Source: Candidatus Thorarchaeota archaeon
GTDB lineage: Archaea; Asgardarchaeota; Thorarchaeia; Thorarchaeales; Thorarchaeaceae
NCBI GenBank assembly: GCA_004524445.1
Contig: SDNP01000041.1
Location: forward strand, 1-21,856
DNA: 21,856 nucleotides
Direction: 5' to 3'
The notes under the pieces were generated by a model. That model was not told the DNA's origin. It did no database searches and worked only from the letters and a program-made list of their open reading frames with translations. Of the stretch, positions 6,503 to 15,090 are shown piece after piece. Numbering within the stretch: the first letter of the stretch is position 1; every line of letters starts with the position of its first letter. The position numbers were made by a program, and so were the translations under genes.

Positions 6503-8119
6503 GTGCAACTGATGTTAGAGTATAGGCATTTCCCCCTAAAGAAAGCACTCACGTATCTCATGTTTTCTCCCGTCTTCGCCTATTTCATCTATTCGATCCA
6601 AGAAATTCTATTCAATCAAACATCCCCTGTCCCTTCGCTGGACTTGTCCTATGTTCTTTTCTTGGGAGTGATTGTTGCTTTCGTATCATTGGCTATTGCT
6701 GGATATGTCGTTGATAGAATACATAGAACATACACCATTTGTTTTGCCACTGCAGTGATCCCTATTACATTGGATCTTGTTCGTACTTTTCTACCAATTG
6801 TTTCTTCATCGCAAGCCTATATTGAGGTGCTATTTGTTTTCGCTCTATTTTCCGGGTTTTCTGTGGTAACGCTTTCCTGGTCGATAATGGTCAATAGAAC
6901 AGTTGTACTGAGATATAGAGGGAGACTGTCAGCATCTATGTTCGCACTCGCACTCGTTTTATTCTTGATCTTCAATATTGTGGGTTCGACTCCTGTCGGT
7001 GCAACGCCATTCGCAATTGAGTTGGCACATATCTTGGTTCCCGTCGGGCTTCTCATTTCCTTGCTGATACGACCATGGAGATGGCAGTCCTATCCTCTGG
7101 CTGTCAGTGGCAATCCAACCAAGTATTTCATTCCCATGACCCTGCTGCTCCTTGCACACTTCCTGTGGTATCATGGAACTATGATGTCAATCCAAGGGCT
7201 ATTTAGGACAGTAGGTGAAGCCAATTTCTCATCGTTGGGTGAATATGCCGGATGGACACAGTATGAGCCACTCATTGTAGCCATCGGAGCTATGGGGGCA
7301 GGGTTTCTAGCGGATCTCCGTGGAAGAAAACCTGCATTCAATACTCTCGTTCTCTCGATGGGACTTCTGGCCATATTTTCAAGTACCATGTATGGTATCG
7401 AGTCTTCAGGAGGTCAAGGTTCTGCCAGAGTTATACTACAGGCATGGCCTCTCCTGCTGATGGAGAGATTGGTAGAGGGCTTCTTACTGGGTCTTTGCAT
7501 TTTTCTTATTTGGGCTGAACTTGGTTCTCCAAAGACCAAGGGCTTGAGATTGTCATCAATACTGGTAGTTTTATCGGGATATTTCGCACTATTCTGGGTG
7601 ATTCAGGCAGGTCCCTTCGCCCTTCAGTTACCCGGCTTAGTAGCATTGGTTGGGCCTCAAATTGCGGTACTTCTGACACTAGTTGCACTTTACACTACTT
7701 CTGATGCGCCTGAACTGAGAGGGAGAGAGGTGGAAATGGAAGAACTCAGTCTAGACTTCAGCGAGAAAATGGTTAAGGAAACTGTTGAAGCGTTTGTTGA
7801 AGATGAGGATCTTGATTCGATAAGGAGTCAAGTCGACCTCATCGATGTAGGAACAGAAATTTCTGACCAAGATTTCAGAGAAATCATTGGGGAAGATTTC
7901 AACGATATTGTATCTTTTAGAGACATAAAGGGAATAGGCCCTGCCATGGAAAAGAAGTTGAGAGCTGCGGGTTATACATCAGCTGCACAGCTTGCTGGAG
8001 AGATACCGTCTAGGCTCTCTAGACGGGTTGAGGGTATTGGCGAAGAAAGAGCAGAAAAGATACTAGAAGCCGCTAGAGAAGTTGTGAAGTCTGCCCTAAA
8101 AAACAATGGTGAGAAGTAG
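6503..8119 (+). CDS. MFS-fold polytopic membrane protein with acidic linker and C-terminal helix-hairpin-helix domain
   Basis: About 12 hydrophobic segments. MFS motif-A-like GYVVDRIHR (~6701) and GFLADLRGRK (~7301), plus RYRGRL. The C-terminus has two HhH motifs (IKGIGPAMEKKLRAAGY; VEGIGEERAEKILEAARE). Start is GTG 6503 or ATG 6512. Confidence 0.8.
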   Translation: MQLMLEYRHFPLKKALTYLMFSPVFAYFIYSIQEILFNQTSPVPSLDLSYVLFLGVIVAFVSLAIAGYVVDRIHRTYTICFATAVIPITLDLVRTFLPIVSSSQAYIEVLFVFALFSGFSVVTLSWSIMVNRTVVLRYRGRLSASMFALALVLFLIFNIVGSTPVGATPFAIELAHILVPVGLLISLLIRPWRWQSYPLAVSGNPTKYFIPMTLLLLAHFLWYHGTMMSIQGLFRTVGEANFSSLGEYAGWTQYEPLIVAIGAMGAGFLADLRGRKPAFNTLVLSMGLLAIFSSTMYGIESSGGQGSARVILQAWPLLLMERLVEGFLLGLCIFLIWAELGSPKTKGLRLSSILVVLSGYFALFWVIQAGPFALQLPGLVALVGPQIAVLLTLVALYTTSDAPELRGREVEMEELSLDFSEKMVKETVEAFVEDEDLDSIRSQVDLIDVGTEISDQDFREIIGEDFNDIVSFRDIKGIGPAMEKKLRAAGYTSAAQLAGEIPSRLSRRVEGIGEERAEKILEAAREVVKSALKNNGEK

Positions 8120-8189
8120 GTCCATGATCGGTACCCCCTCTTGCATGGTTGTTTTCTATCACCTGCATGAATCATAGACGTAATTTTAA

Positions 8190-9119
8190 TCAGTCTTCGT
8201 TTTTTGTCTTGAAAGGATAATAAGCCAGACCGGTTCCACCTAGCAAATCTATGGGCTTTAATTCATTACCGCAAACTGCACAATCTGCTTTTATTCTGGG
8301 CTCATCAGAAGCAGAGTGACAAGCCATACAAAGCAGTTCAACATCTGATACTGCTAATTCTGACACGTTCACTGATTTCTGACATTTCTGGCACGCTATT
8401 TTTGCCAAATCGTCTGGGATGACAGCCTGAAATTGGCCATGGCAGTGTGGGCAAAATAAGGTGTATACTTTGTGAATATCATCTGAACTGCATGAGGGGC
8501 AAACCAAATCGATTAGTATTTCCGAGCTACCGCATTGCTGACACTGTACCTTTCTTCCAAATGTCTTGGCGACCAAGACGCCCTCCTGCTCAAGGTCCTC
8601 TAATGTCCTGATTATTTCCTCCCGTGATTCTCCCAGATATTGGGATGCAATAGGATATTTGGCGACCCCCGAGAGAATATGTTGGGGCTTTATTGCATCC
8701 ACACGTTCTTGATACATATCCTCCAACATGTTTTTTATGGCTGGATTCTTAAGAAGGCTTTCTCCAGTCTTTTTGTCAAGTAAGTCCTCCAACCCTTCAA
8801 ATGCTTTCTTGATTTCCTTATCCCATTCTCGAGATGAGAAATTTATTCTGGGCACAAGTCGCAATAGATTCCTTTCTACCGCGCCTTGATCCTCATCCTC
8901 ATCTAAAAGCACAGCTATGCAATTTGGCTCTTCCATGAAAGAAATGAACAGCCCTCTCTTCAGCTTAGTATATCCAACATCGGCTTTCTGTTTGACACCA
9001 TGGCTCATGAATATAGTAAGGGCTTCCTCACTGGATAGGTCTGCATCAGGAGGGTAAGTACGTCCAACGAGCGGTCCCAGCTTGTCGTCCCACCAAATAG
9101 CGTACATGGCTTTTGGCAT
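8190..9119 (-). CDS. uDENN/longin-like domain fused to a TackOD1-like wHTH + multi-Zn-ribbon domain
   Basis: ATG 9119 has a GGTGA RBS and is preferred over 9176. N-terminus AMYAIWWDDKLGPLVGRTYP fits the uDENN/NPRL2-type 'FD...GP....yP' pattern. C-terminus YP...LEDLEQEGVL is followed by six CxxC pairs (CQQC, CPSC, CPHC, CQKC, CMAC, CAVC). Confidence 0.7.
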   Translation of the reverse strand: MPKAMYAIWWDDKLGPLVGRTYPPDADLSSEEALTIFMSHGVKQKADVGYTKLKRGLFISFMEEPNCIAVLLDEDEDQGAVERNLLRLVPRINFSSREWDKEIKKAFEGLEDLLDKKTGESLLKNPAIKNMLEDMYQERVDAIKPQHILSGVAKYPIASQYLGESREEIIRTLEDLEQEGVLVAKTFGRKVQCQQCGSSEILIDLVCPSCSSDDIHKVYTLFCPHCHGQFQAVIPDDLAKIACQKCQKSVNVSELAVSDVELLCMACHSASDEPRIKADCAVCGNELKPIDLLGGTGLAYYPFKTKNED

Positions 9120-9259
9120 AATATTCACCAATATCCTTGAGCTGGAATGAATCATTGAGATATTACTTAATAGCATATCCTAGATGAACCAGATTCTCCT
9201 TTGCAGGTCAGGGAACTGCATGGATGAATTATGTTAGTATGGTTCATTCGTAGGAATAC

Positions 9260-9274
9260 CGAAGGGTATAAAAC
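9260..9274 (+). promoter_or_regulatory. Putative BRE/TATA box for the surface-protein gene
   Basis: CGAAGGG-TATAAAA at 9260-9273, about 37 nt upstream of ATG 9310. Confidence 0.45.
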
Positions 9275-9309
9275 CGCTATTCAAGGTTCGTCGCCTTAGC
9301 ACGCAGGAC

Positions 9310-11094
9310 ATGCGACTAGAGGAAAGTATAGATATGATACGTAAGCGAAGTGGAAAACTACTATTCACTGCAATGTTGGTGTGGCTAATTTCCTCACCAT
9401 ATATGGGGCTGGCAGTACCTGCGCAATTTGGAGCCATTAGCCCAAATGATACATTTGCGCTTGCGGAAATTTCTATCAATGCTCCTGCTGATTTAACCTA
9501 CGAAAACGGGTCTCGAGGAGAAGAAATCGTGTGGAATGCTACCACCTCAGATCCCAAGAATTATACAATATTCAGAGACTCGGAGGTATTCGACTCTGGG
9601 TCTTGGGACGGTGATCTCATTGTTGCTGATTTGGATGAACTATACGAGGGTGACTTGTTGTCTACTCTTCCAGCTGAGTTCGAATTCGAATGTTTAGTCT
9701 TCAATCAAGCAAATGAAAGCGCATCCGACATTGTTGAAGTCACAGTTATTCAAGACGACACTGCTCCAATCATCACGCCAAGTGTACCCTCAAACGAAAC
9801 TTATTCCTATGAGGTTGGTAGTTTCGGGCACACAATTAATTGGACAGTCATAGAAACGAATCCCGATTTCTTCAATATTACTCGACAATCGAATGAAACG
9901 ACCAGCAATTTCACAGTACTTGACAGTGGAGATTGGGATGGTTCAAATTTCACACTGGATATTGATGGCCTTAATGCATCTCACTGGTATCTGTTCACCC
10001 TCTTTGTTAATGACACAAGAGGATATAACTCAACAAGCTCAATCAATGTTACTGTATTTGAGGACTTGACCGCGCCTGTTGTTTCATCTCCTGATGATAT
10101 ATCATATGAATTTGGTGCGGAGGGCAACAAAATATCTTGGCATGCATATGATAGTAACCCAGCAAACTACAGCTTGGAAGTGCTGATTCTCTACTATAAT
10201 ACAACATACGGGAATCTATCGAAGGTACATGGTCCTCCTGATAATATCACCCTTCAAGAATGGACGTTCGACGAGCCTGAAGGGGAGAACATCTCATTCT
10301 CTGTCGATTATATATATCTTGGAAATTACTCATTCACACTCACGTTATTCGATGACTTCGGCTACAACACATCCGACACAGTAAATGTAACGGTCTACAA
10401 AGATCTGAGAGCACCAGTTATAGACACTCTCGATGATTATAGCTATGAAGAAGGCTATACCGACAATACCCTGAATTGGTCTGCTGAAGAGAACAATCCA
10501 AAGACCTACAATCTTACGAAAGATGGAGAAGTCCTGCTCAATGGAACCTGGAGAGGAGAAAACATCAGCATATCAATTGATGGTCTGGCAGTGGGTGAGT
10601 ATGTCTTTAACTTGACCCTTATCGACTTCTTCAATCAGACCTCTATTGACGTGGTTCTTGTTACCGTAACTCCCGACACACATCCTCCAACTATTTCGGA
10701 GATAGCTATTCTGGAATCCCATAGCACTATATCAACAAATAATTTGACGGTTCAGGCATATTGTTGGGACATAAACAACATTAGTTCCATAACTGTTGAA
10801 ACATATACAGATAGCAATGAAAGTGTTGTAGAGCAGAATATGACCGTTTTTGCAGAGAATTTTTACATAGCATATTTGGGCGAATATGCATTTGGTTCAA
10901 CAGTCTTCTATAGAATCGTGGCTATTGATAACTCATCGGTTAATTTGAACAAAACAACAGAATGGTTTGAATATCGAGTAACGTCAATGCAGAGAAACTC
11001 CACTCCAATTCTTTTATGGGCTGGAATGCTTGTACTGGGAGCTCTTGCTGGGTTGGTGGTGCTTTCCATCTACTTCAGAACAAAGACCAAGTAA
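9310..11094 (+). CDS. Secreted, C-terminally anchored Ig-like repeat surface glycoprotein
   Basis: Basic + hydrophobic N-terminal signal (possible start ATG 9334, MIRKRSGKLLF...). Four ~95-110-aa repeats 'AP....YExG..g..i.W.....NP..y' plus a fifth Ig-like unit, many NxS/T sequons, and a C-terminal TM with basic tail (FRTKTK). Confidence 0.85.
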   Translation: MRLEESIDMIRKRSGKLLFTAMLVWLISSPYMGLAVPAQFGAISPNDTFALAEISINAPADLTYENGSRGEEIVWNATTSDPKNYTIFRDSEVFDSGSWDGDLIVADLDELYEGDLLSTLPAEFEFECLVFNQANESASDIVEVTVIQDDTAPIITPSVPSNETYSYEVGSFGHTINWTVIETNPDFFNITRQSNETTSNFTVLDSGDWDGSNFTLDIDGLNASHWYLFTLFVNDTRGYNSTSSINVTVFEDLTAPVVSSPDDISYEFGAEGNKISWHAYDSNPANYSLEVLILYYNTTYGNLSKVHGPPDNITLQEWTFDEPEGENISFSVDYIYLGNYSFTLTLFDDFGYNTSDTVNVTVYKDLRAPVIDTLDDYSYEEGYTDNTLNWSAEENNPKTYNLTKDGEVLLNGTWRGENISISIDGLAVGEYVFNLTLIDFFNQTSIDVVLVTVTPDTHPPTISEIAILESHSTISTNNLTVQAYCWDINNISSITVETYTDSNESVVEQNMTVFAENFYIAYLGEYAFGSTVFYRIVAIDNSSVNLNKTTEWFEYRVTSMQRNSTPILLWAGMLVLGALAGLVVLSIYFRTKTK

Positions 11095-11610
11095 TCACTC
11101 TCTCTGCCCAAGAATCTTTAGCACTTGCGCAGGGACTTTGTTCCTGTTTCCCTTAGTTAGAGTGATCACTTCAGTATCGTTTCTACTTTTTAGTGAATCC
11201 AAGAAGGTATGTTTCCTGTTTTGAATTGTAGCTATGACGATCCCTTCGTTCAAGCATTTGAGAACTTCATCTCTGAACAATGACGATTTCATTTCCATAG
11301 ATGCTATTTCGTCAATGATTATTAGCTTGCCTTGCTTTCTTGCTTCTTTGAGAGAAGGAATGGCAACATTTTCAATATCATCTACATTGACTCGGTATTT
11401 CCCAACTTGAGGACCCGTCTTTCTATTCACATGTGCTAAGACTCCACGCGCCCCATCTAGAGTTATTATCTCGAAACCTTTTCTTTTACCATGCTCACGT
11501 ATTTCACGTGACACGAATCCGCCAACCCTCTGGTTGCCAATACTCTGGATAATTTTCTCTATCGCTGTCGACTTCCCTATTCCTGGTCTTCCTGTTAGTA
11601 GTATATGCAT
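11095..11610 (-). CDS. Nucleoside-triphosphatase, THEP1/NTPase_1 family
   Basis: ILLTGRPGIGKST, GGFVSREIREHGKRKGF, VGKYRV, IIIDEIASME. ATG 11610 is preferred. Its stop abuts the convergent gene's stop with a zero-nt gap. Confidence 0.93.
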   Translation of the reverse strand: MHILLTGRPGIGKSTAIEKIIQSIGNQRVGGFVSREIREHGKRKGFEIITLDGARGVLAHVNRKTGPQVGKYRVNVDDIENVAIPSLKEARKQGKLIIIDEIASMEMKSSLFRDEVLKCLNEGIVIATIQNRKHTFLDSLKSRNDTEVITLTKGNRNKVPAQVLKILGQRE

Positions 11611-11693
11611 CACGTAACCCTCTGTAATCATGAAATAACGCAGACCCCGTTGTTACCTATATTGGAAGCTGTTCATTGTGGGCTAGAGAAACA

Positions 11694-12764
11694 CTAATGG
11701 CTCCGTTCCATACTGTAATATCTCATAGCCTTCGAACGAGCCACGTTTGCGATAATTTGCAGGGGTTTTGCTTCTAAAGACTCTGCCTCAATAATGCCTG
11801 ATTCAGCAGCCTCCTGAAATAGATGTTCCCCTCTCTCGGTACGAACCAGTACTGTAGTCCATCCCGAACCAGATCCGATATTCCCACATGATATATCTGA
11901 CTGCTTTGTTGTCAGGTCGTGACAGTAGGCACAGGAAGTCGAGGCAAACGAATCTAGATCAGATACTGGCCACTCCTTTTCAGACTCATCTGTGAATACT
12001 TTGAATTTACCTTTGGCTATAGCCATTCTGTGCACATCTCCGATATCTACATCGTTGGTCTTGAGAAAATCAACCAGTCCGTTATAGTCAAAAGATTCCA
12101 TGCAGAAGAGACCAATCTTCAAAACTGATGATCTTAAGTCGGTATTCAGGGTCCCACCTGGGTGCTCTTGAAGTTGTGTTATACCATCCAAATTGCATGA
12201 TGTCCCAACCACGGCCACCGCGGAATGGCCCACTCTGAGAGCGCTCATCAATTCGCCAACAATCGGTGCATGGGTGTAAATTGTTCCTGCGCATTTTAGA
12301 ACCTCGTCTGGCTTCAAAAATGTTGTCGCTTCAGGGAGCCATGGAGTGTCCTTGGAATGACAGGCTGCTACAGCAGCATCGATAATCTCCTCTTTCAAGG
12401 CGTAATACAGTAGTGCTGAAACGACGCCCCCATCTTGCTTATTGTTATCCAAGTCCACAGACCTTGCTTTCCAAGCACTCCGGTAGTTGCCGATGAGATC
12501 TTCTGTAAGCGTTACAGTACGCGGACACATTTCATAACAGATCCCACATGCAATACACTTCCCTGTCAGTGTGGGGACGTACTTATTCTCTTCACGAATC
12601 CCAGAAATAGCATCAACCGGACAATTTGCAACACAAGTTCCACATTCCGTGCATACACCAGTCTTTATGATTTCTCTCTCAAGTTTCTTGAATGCATACC
12701 GCTTGATATTCTGTTTGAGCCAGTGCTGGCTTCGTTCTAGGCTCTTGTCAATGTCAGGGGTCAC
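11694..12764 (-). CDS. Coenzyme F420 hydrogenase/dehydrogenase beta-subunit family (FrhB/FdhB/FpoF-like) with N-terminal 2[4Fe-4S] ferredoxin
   Basis: CTECGTCVANCP and CIACGICYEMCP ferredoxin motifs; QDGGVVSALL, AGTIY, VVGTSC, IGLFCMESF, CAYCHD, DISCGNIGS..GWTTVLVRTERG. GTG 12764 with a GGAG RBS is preferred over ATG 12809. Confidence 0.92.
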   Translation of the reverse strand: MTPDIDKSLERSQHWLKQNIKRYAFKKLEREIIKTGVCTECGTCVANCPVDAISGIREENKYVPTLTGKCIACGICYEMCPRTVTLTEDLIGNYRSAWKARSVDLDNNKQDGGVVSALLYYALKEEIIDAAVAACHSKDTPWLPEATTFLKPDEVLKCAGTIYTHAPIVGELMSALRVGHSAVAVVGTSCNLDGITQLQEHPGGTLNTDLRSSVLKIGLFCMESFDYNGLVDFLKTNDVDIGDVHRMAIAKGKFKVFTDESEKEWPVSDLDSFASTSCAYCHDLTTKQSDISCGNIGSGSGWTTVLVRTERGEHLFQEAAESGIIEAESLEAKPLQIIANVARSKAMRYYSMERSH

Positions 12765-12807
12765 TATGTGATTCTCCAAGAATTCTGAGCAAATCGATTG
12801 CTTTGGC

Positions 12808-12823
12808 ATTTATAGGAATTTCG
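12808..12823 (-). promoter_or_regulatory. Putative BRE/TATA box for the FrhB-family gene
   Basis: The minus strand reads CGAAATTCC-TATAAAT about 45 nt upstream of GTG 12764. It overlaps the ORF-track ATG at 12809, which argues against that start. Confidence 0.4.
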
Positions 12824-12938
12824 AAGTGTCAAAACGCAAGCTTAAAGAATAACACGAAATGAGGCATAGAAGGAGCTCAGTGATTGAGTTTCATATTCGA
12901 ATCAGGAAACTGATATCCTAGAATCAAGGGATGAACAC

Positions 12939-13667
12939 ATGACATCTGCGCCACAGGAAGGACCGAAGCTATCTGAAGACCAAATCAAAGCACTTCTGGA
13001 CGAAAGCAAGCATCATCAATGCGATCCCTACGAGTGTTGTGTACAACTCGTTGCAATTGCTGACTTACCTAGCAGATTTGGTGAATTTCAGGTATGCGGA
13101 TTAGTAAGCCCCTGTGATGGGAAAGAACACACAGCAATAATCAAAGGGGATATCATGGATAAAGAGGATGTCTTAGTGCGAGTGCATTCAGAATGTCTGA
13201 CTGGAGATGTCATGGGGTCCAAGAGATGCGATTGTCGGGACCAGCTTCTTGAATCACTGAAAAGAATACAAGAGGAAGGAGAGGGTGTCCTGCTATATCT
13301 CCGGCAGGAAGGAAGAAACATAGGTCTATCAGAGAAGATCAAAGCCTATGCTCTGCAGGATAAAGGCTACGACACTGTCGATGCCAATCTCATTCTAGGG
13401 TGGCAACCCGATGAGCGAGATTATGGGGTTGCGGCACACATACTCCGAACTCTACACGTAAAATCAATCCGTTTACTCACGAACAATCCGGAAAAAATAA
13501 AGCAACTTGAGAGTCATGGTGTAGAGATTACTGAAAGGGTACCGCTAATCATCGAGCCAACAAAATACAATGAATTTTACCTAGAAACCAAAAAGGAGCG
13601 GGCCGGACATCTTTTGGGTGAGATGTCCAATATTCACGATATTGAGAAAATCAAAGAAGAGTCATAA
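12939..13667 (+). CDS. ribA: GTP cyclohydrolase II
   Basis: LPSRFGEF, RVHSECLTGDVMGSKRCDC (three Zn-binding Cys), YLRQEGRNIGL, YALQDKGYDTVDAN, DERDY, LLTNNPEK, YLETKKERAGH. Confidence 0.96.
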   Translation: MTSAPQEGPKLSEDQIKALLDESKHHQCDPYECCVQLVAIADLPSRFGEFQVCGLVSPCDGKEHTAIIKGDIMDKEDVLVRVHSECLTGDVMGSKRCDCRDQLLESLKRIQEEGEGVLLYLRQEGRNIGLSEKIKAYALQDKGYDTVDANLILGWQPDERDYGVAAHILRTLHVKSIRLLTNNPEKIKQLESHGVEITERVPLIIEPTKYNEFYLETKKERAGHLLGEMSNIHDIEKIKEES

Positions 13668-13687
13668 AGAGGGGTATTCATTAGTCA

Positions 13688-14947
13688 TCAGGACTCCGCC
13701 TGAGATAACCTGATGCTCTTCAAAGCCACGGCAACTGTCAGCAATGATACTACTGAAACAATTCCTGCAATTAACCAAAGGAATCTCAAACTGTTTGTAG
13801 TTGACCAAATCCATGCGCCGACATTCGCTGCTATAAGGCCAGACGAGGTCATCATAACTCTAAATGTGCTCATCGCCCGCCCTTTCATTTCCTCAGAAAC
13901 ACCTTCAACTATCAGACTGTTCTCTGCTCCTATCCATAATACAAGTGGGACCGACCAGAGAATCATGATAAGGAGAAGAGAGATGAATCCTGTTTGGGAG
14001 TACAGCAGGAGCATTATAACGGAATTTCCCAGCAATGCTGTAATAAGTCCGAGTTTTAACTTCTTATCAGCCAAACCTCCGATAAGGAGAATGAGTCCGG
14101 CTGTCGTTAATGAACTAGCACTCCAAGTGAATCCATAGAGTGATGATGAGATATTCCACTCATCAACTGCAAGATTGCCTAGATATGGAAACGCCAAATT
14201 AAATGCAAAATAATGAACCAATAGTCCTGCAGCCAGTTTCCAGAAGTTCGTACCGAATTGCCTGAAGTTAAGTGTGGGGCCTTTTCGTGCAGCCAATTGA
14301 ATGTCCTCTCGTAGGGTTTCTCGTACGAATAGGAAGACTGAGATGAAAGCAATGACCGCACCAATTCCTCCAATGAGGAGCAAGAATCTTGCTTCAAAAC
14401 CCAGCGATAGCATTATTGCTGCAAGCATGGGACTTATTCCATCCACTGCTAGCGCTGGAAATAGCATCATGGTGAATACCTTCGCAGAGTCTTTCCCTGC
14501 ATCCTCCACGAGTTGATCTGCTGGAGCCGCTCTGGCAGTGATAATGACGAAACTCCATCCGAAGCTAATAACGCCGTAGAATATTGGGATTAAGGGCCAT
14601 ATCGGGAGAATATATTGACAAATTAGTCCAACACTCATTGGTATTAATGCGACTGCAAAAGTGCGACGGCGACCAATCATATCAGCGACTATACCCGAAG
14701 CTGGAAGTCCGATTATTGCTGCTGCAGTTCCTAGCGAGAATGTAAGCCCCATTTGCCAAGGCTCAACTATTTCAGCAATGAATATTCCAAACTGCCAGGT
14801 CCAAATGCTCATAGAAAACTGGGCGATGCCAATGACGATTGCTAACCTCCAAAGATTGAGGGGTAAACCTGCAATGCGTCTTGGCGCCAAGCCTACCTCT
14901 AATCCATATACCGGAGATTTTCTATGGATGTCATCATCGGGTTTCAT
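13688..14947 (-). CDS. Major facilitator superfamily transporter
   Basis: About 12 TM segments; motif A GIVADMIGRRR, second-half GGLADK, EEMKGRAMS. ATG 14947 with a GAGGAG-type RBS is preferred over 15013. Confidence 0.9.
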   Translation of the reverse strand: MKPDDDIHRKSPVYGLEVGLAPRRIAGLPLNLWRLAIVIGIAQFSMSIWTWQFGIFIAEIVEPWQMGLTFSLGTAAAIIGLPASGIVADMIGRRRTFAVALIPMSVGLICQYILPIWPLIPIFYGVISFGWSFVIITARAAPADQLVEDAGKDSAKVFTMMLFPALAVDGISPMLAAIMLSLGFEARFLLLIGGIGAVIAFISVFLFVRETLREDIQLAARKGPTLNFRQFGTNFWKLAAGLLVHYFAFNLAFPYLGNLAVDEWNISSSLYGFTWSASSLTTAGLILLIGGLADKKLKLGLITALLGNSVIMLLLYSQTGFISLLLIMILWSVPLVLWIGAENSLIVEGVSEEMKGRAMSTFRVMMTSSGLIAANVGAWIWSTTNSLRFLWLIAGIVSVVSLLTVAVALKSIRLSQAES

Positions 14948-15090
14948 TCCTCTTCTCCTCAGTACACGAGGTTTCGTGTGATATTGATGGCTTATGACAA
15001 TATCCCTCAACATCTATGCATTATCACACAAGGCTTAAAGTGGAGAAGTTTGGATGCGTCAATCAAGAATAAATTCATGAGACAACTACA

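Noticed and set aside
7922-8090. RadA/Rad51 fragment or ComEA
   Set aside because: Only the HhH pair is present, in frame with the membrane domain. There is no RecA-type ATPase domain, and the topology differs from single-TM ComEA.
11092-11097. Zero-gap convergent stop codons (TAA|TCA)
   Set aside because: Common in compact archaeal genomes; no evidence of a special function.
11694-12764. F420-reducing hydrogenase operon (frhB)
   Set aside because: No large/small hydrogenase subunits or maturation protease are adjacent, so no gene symbol was assigned.
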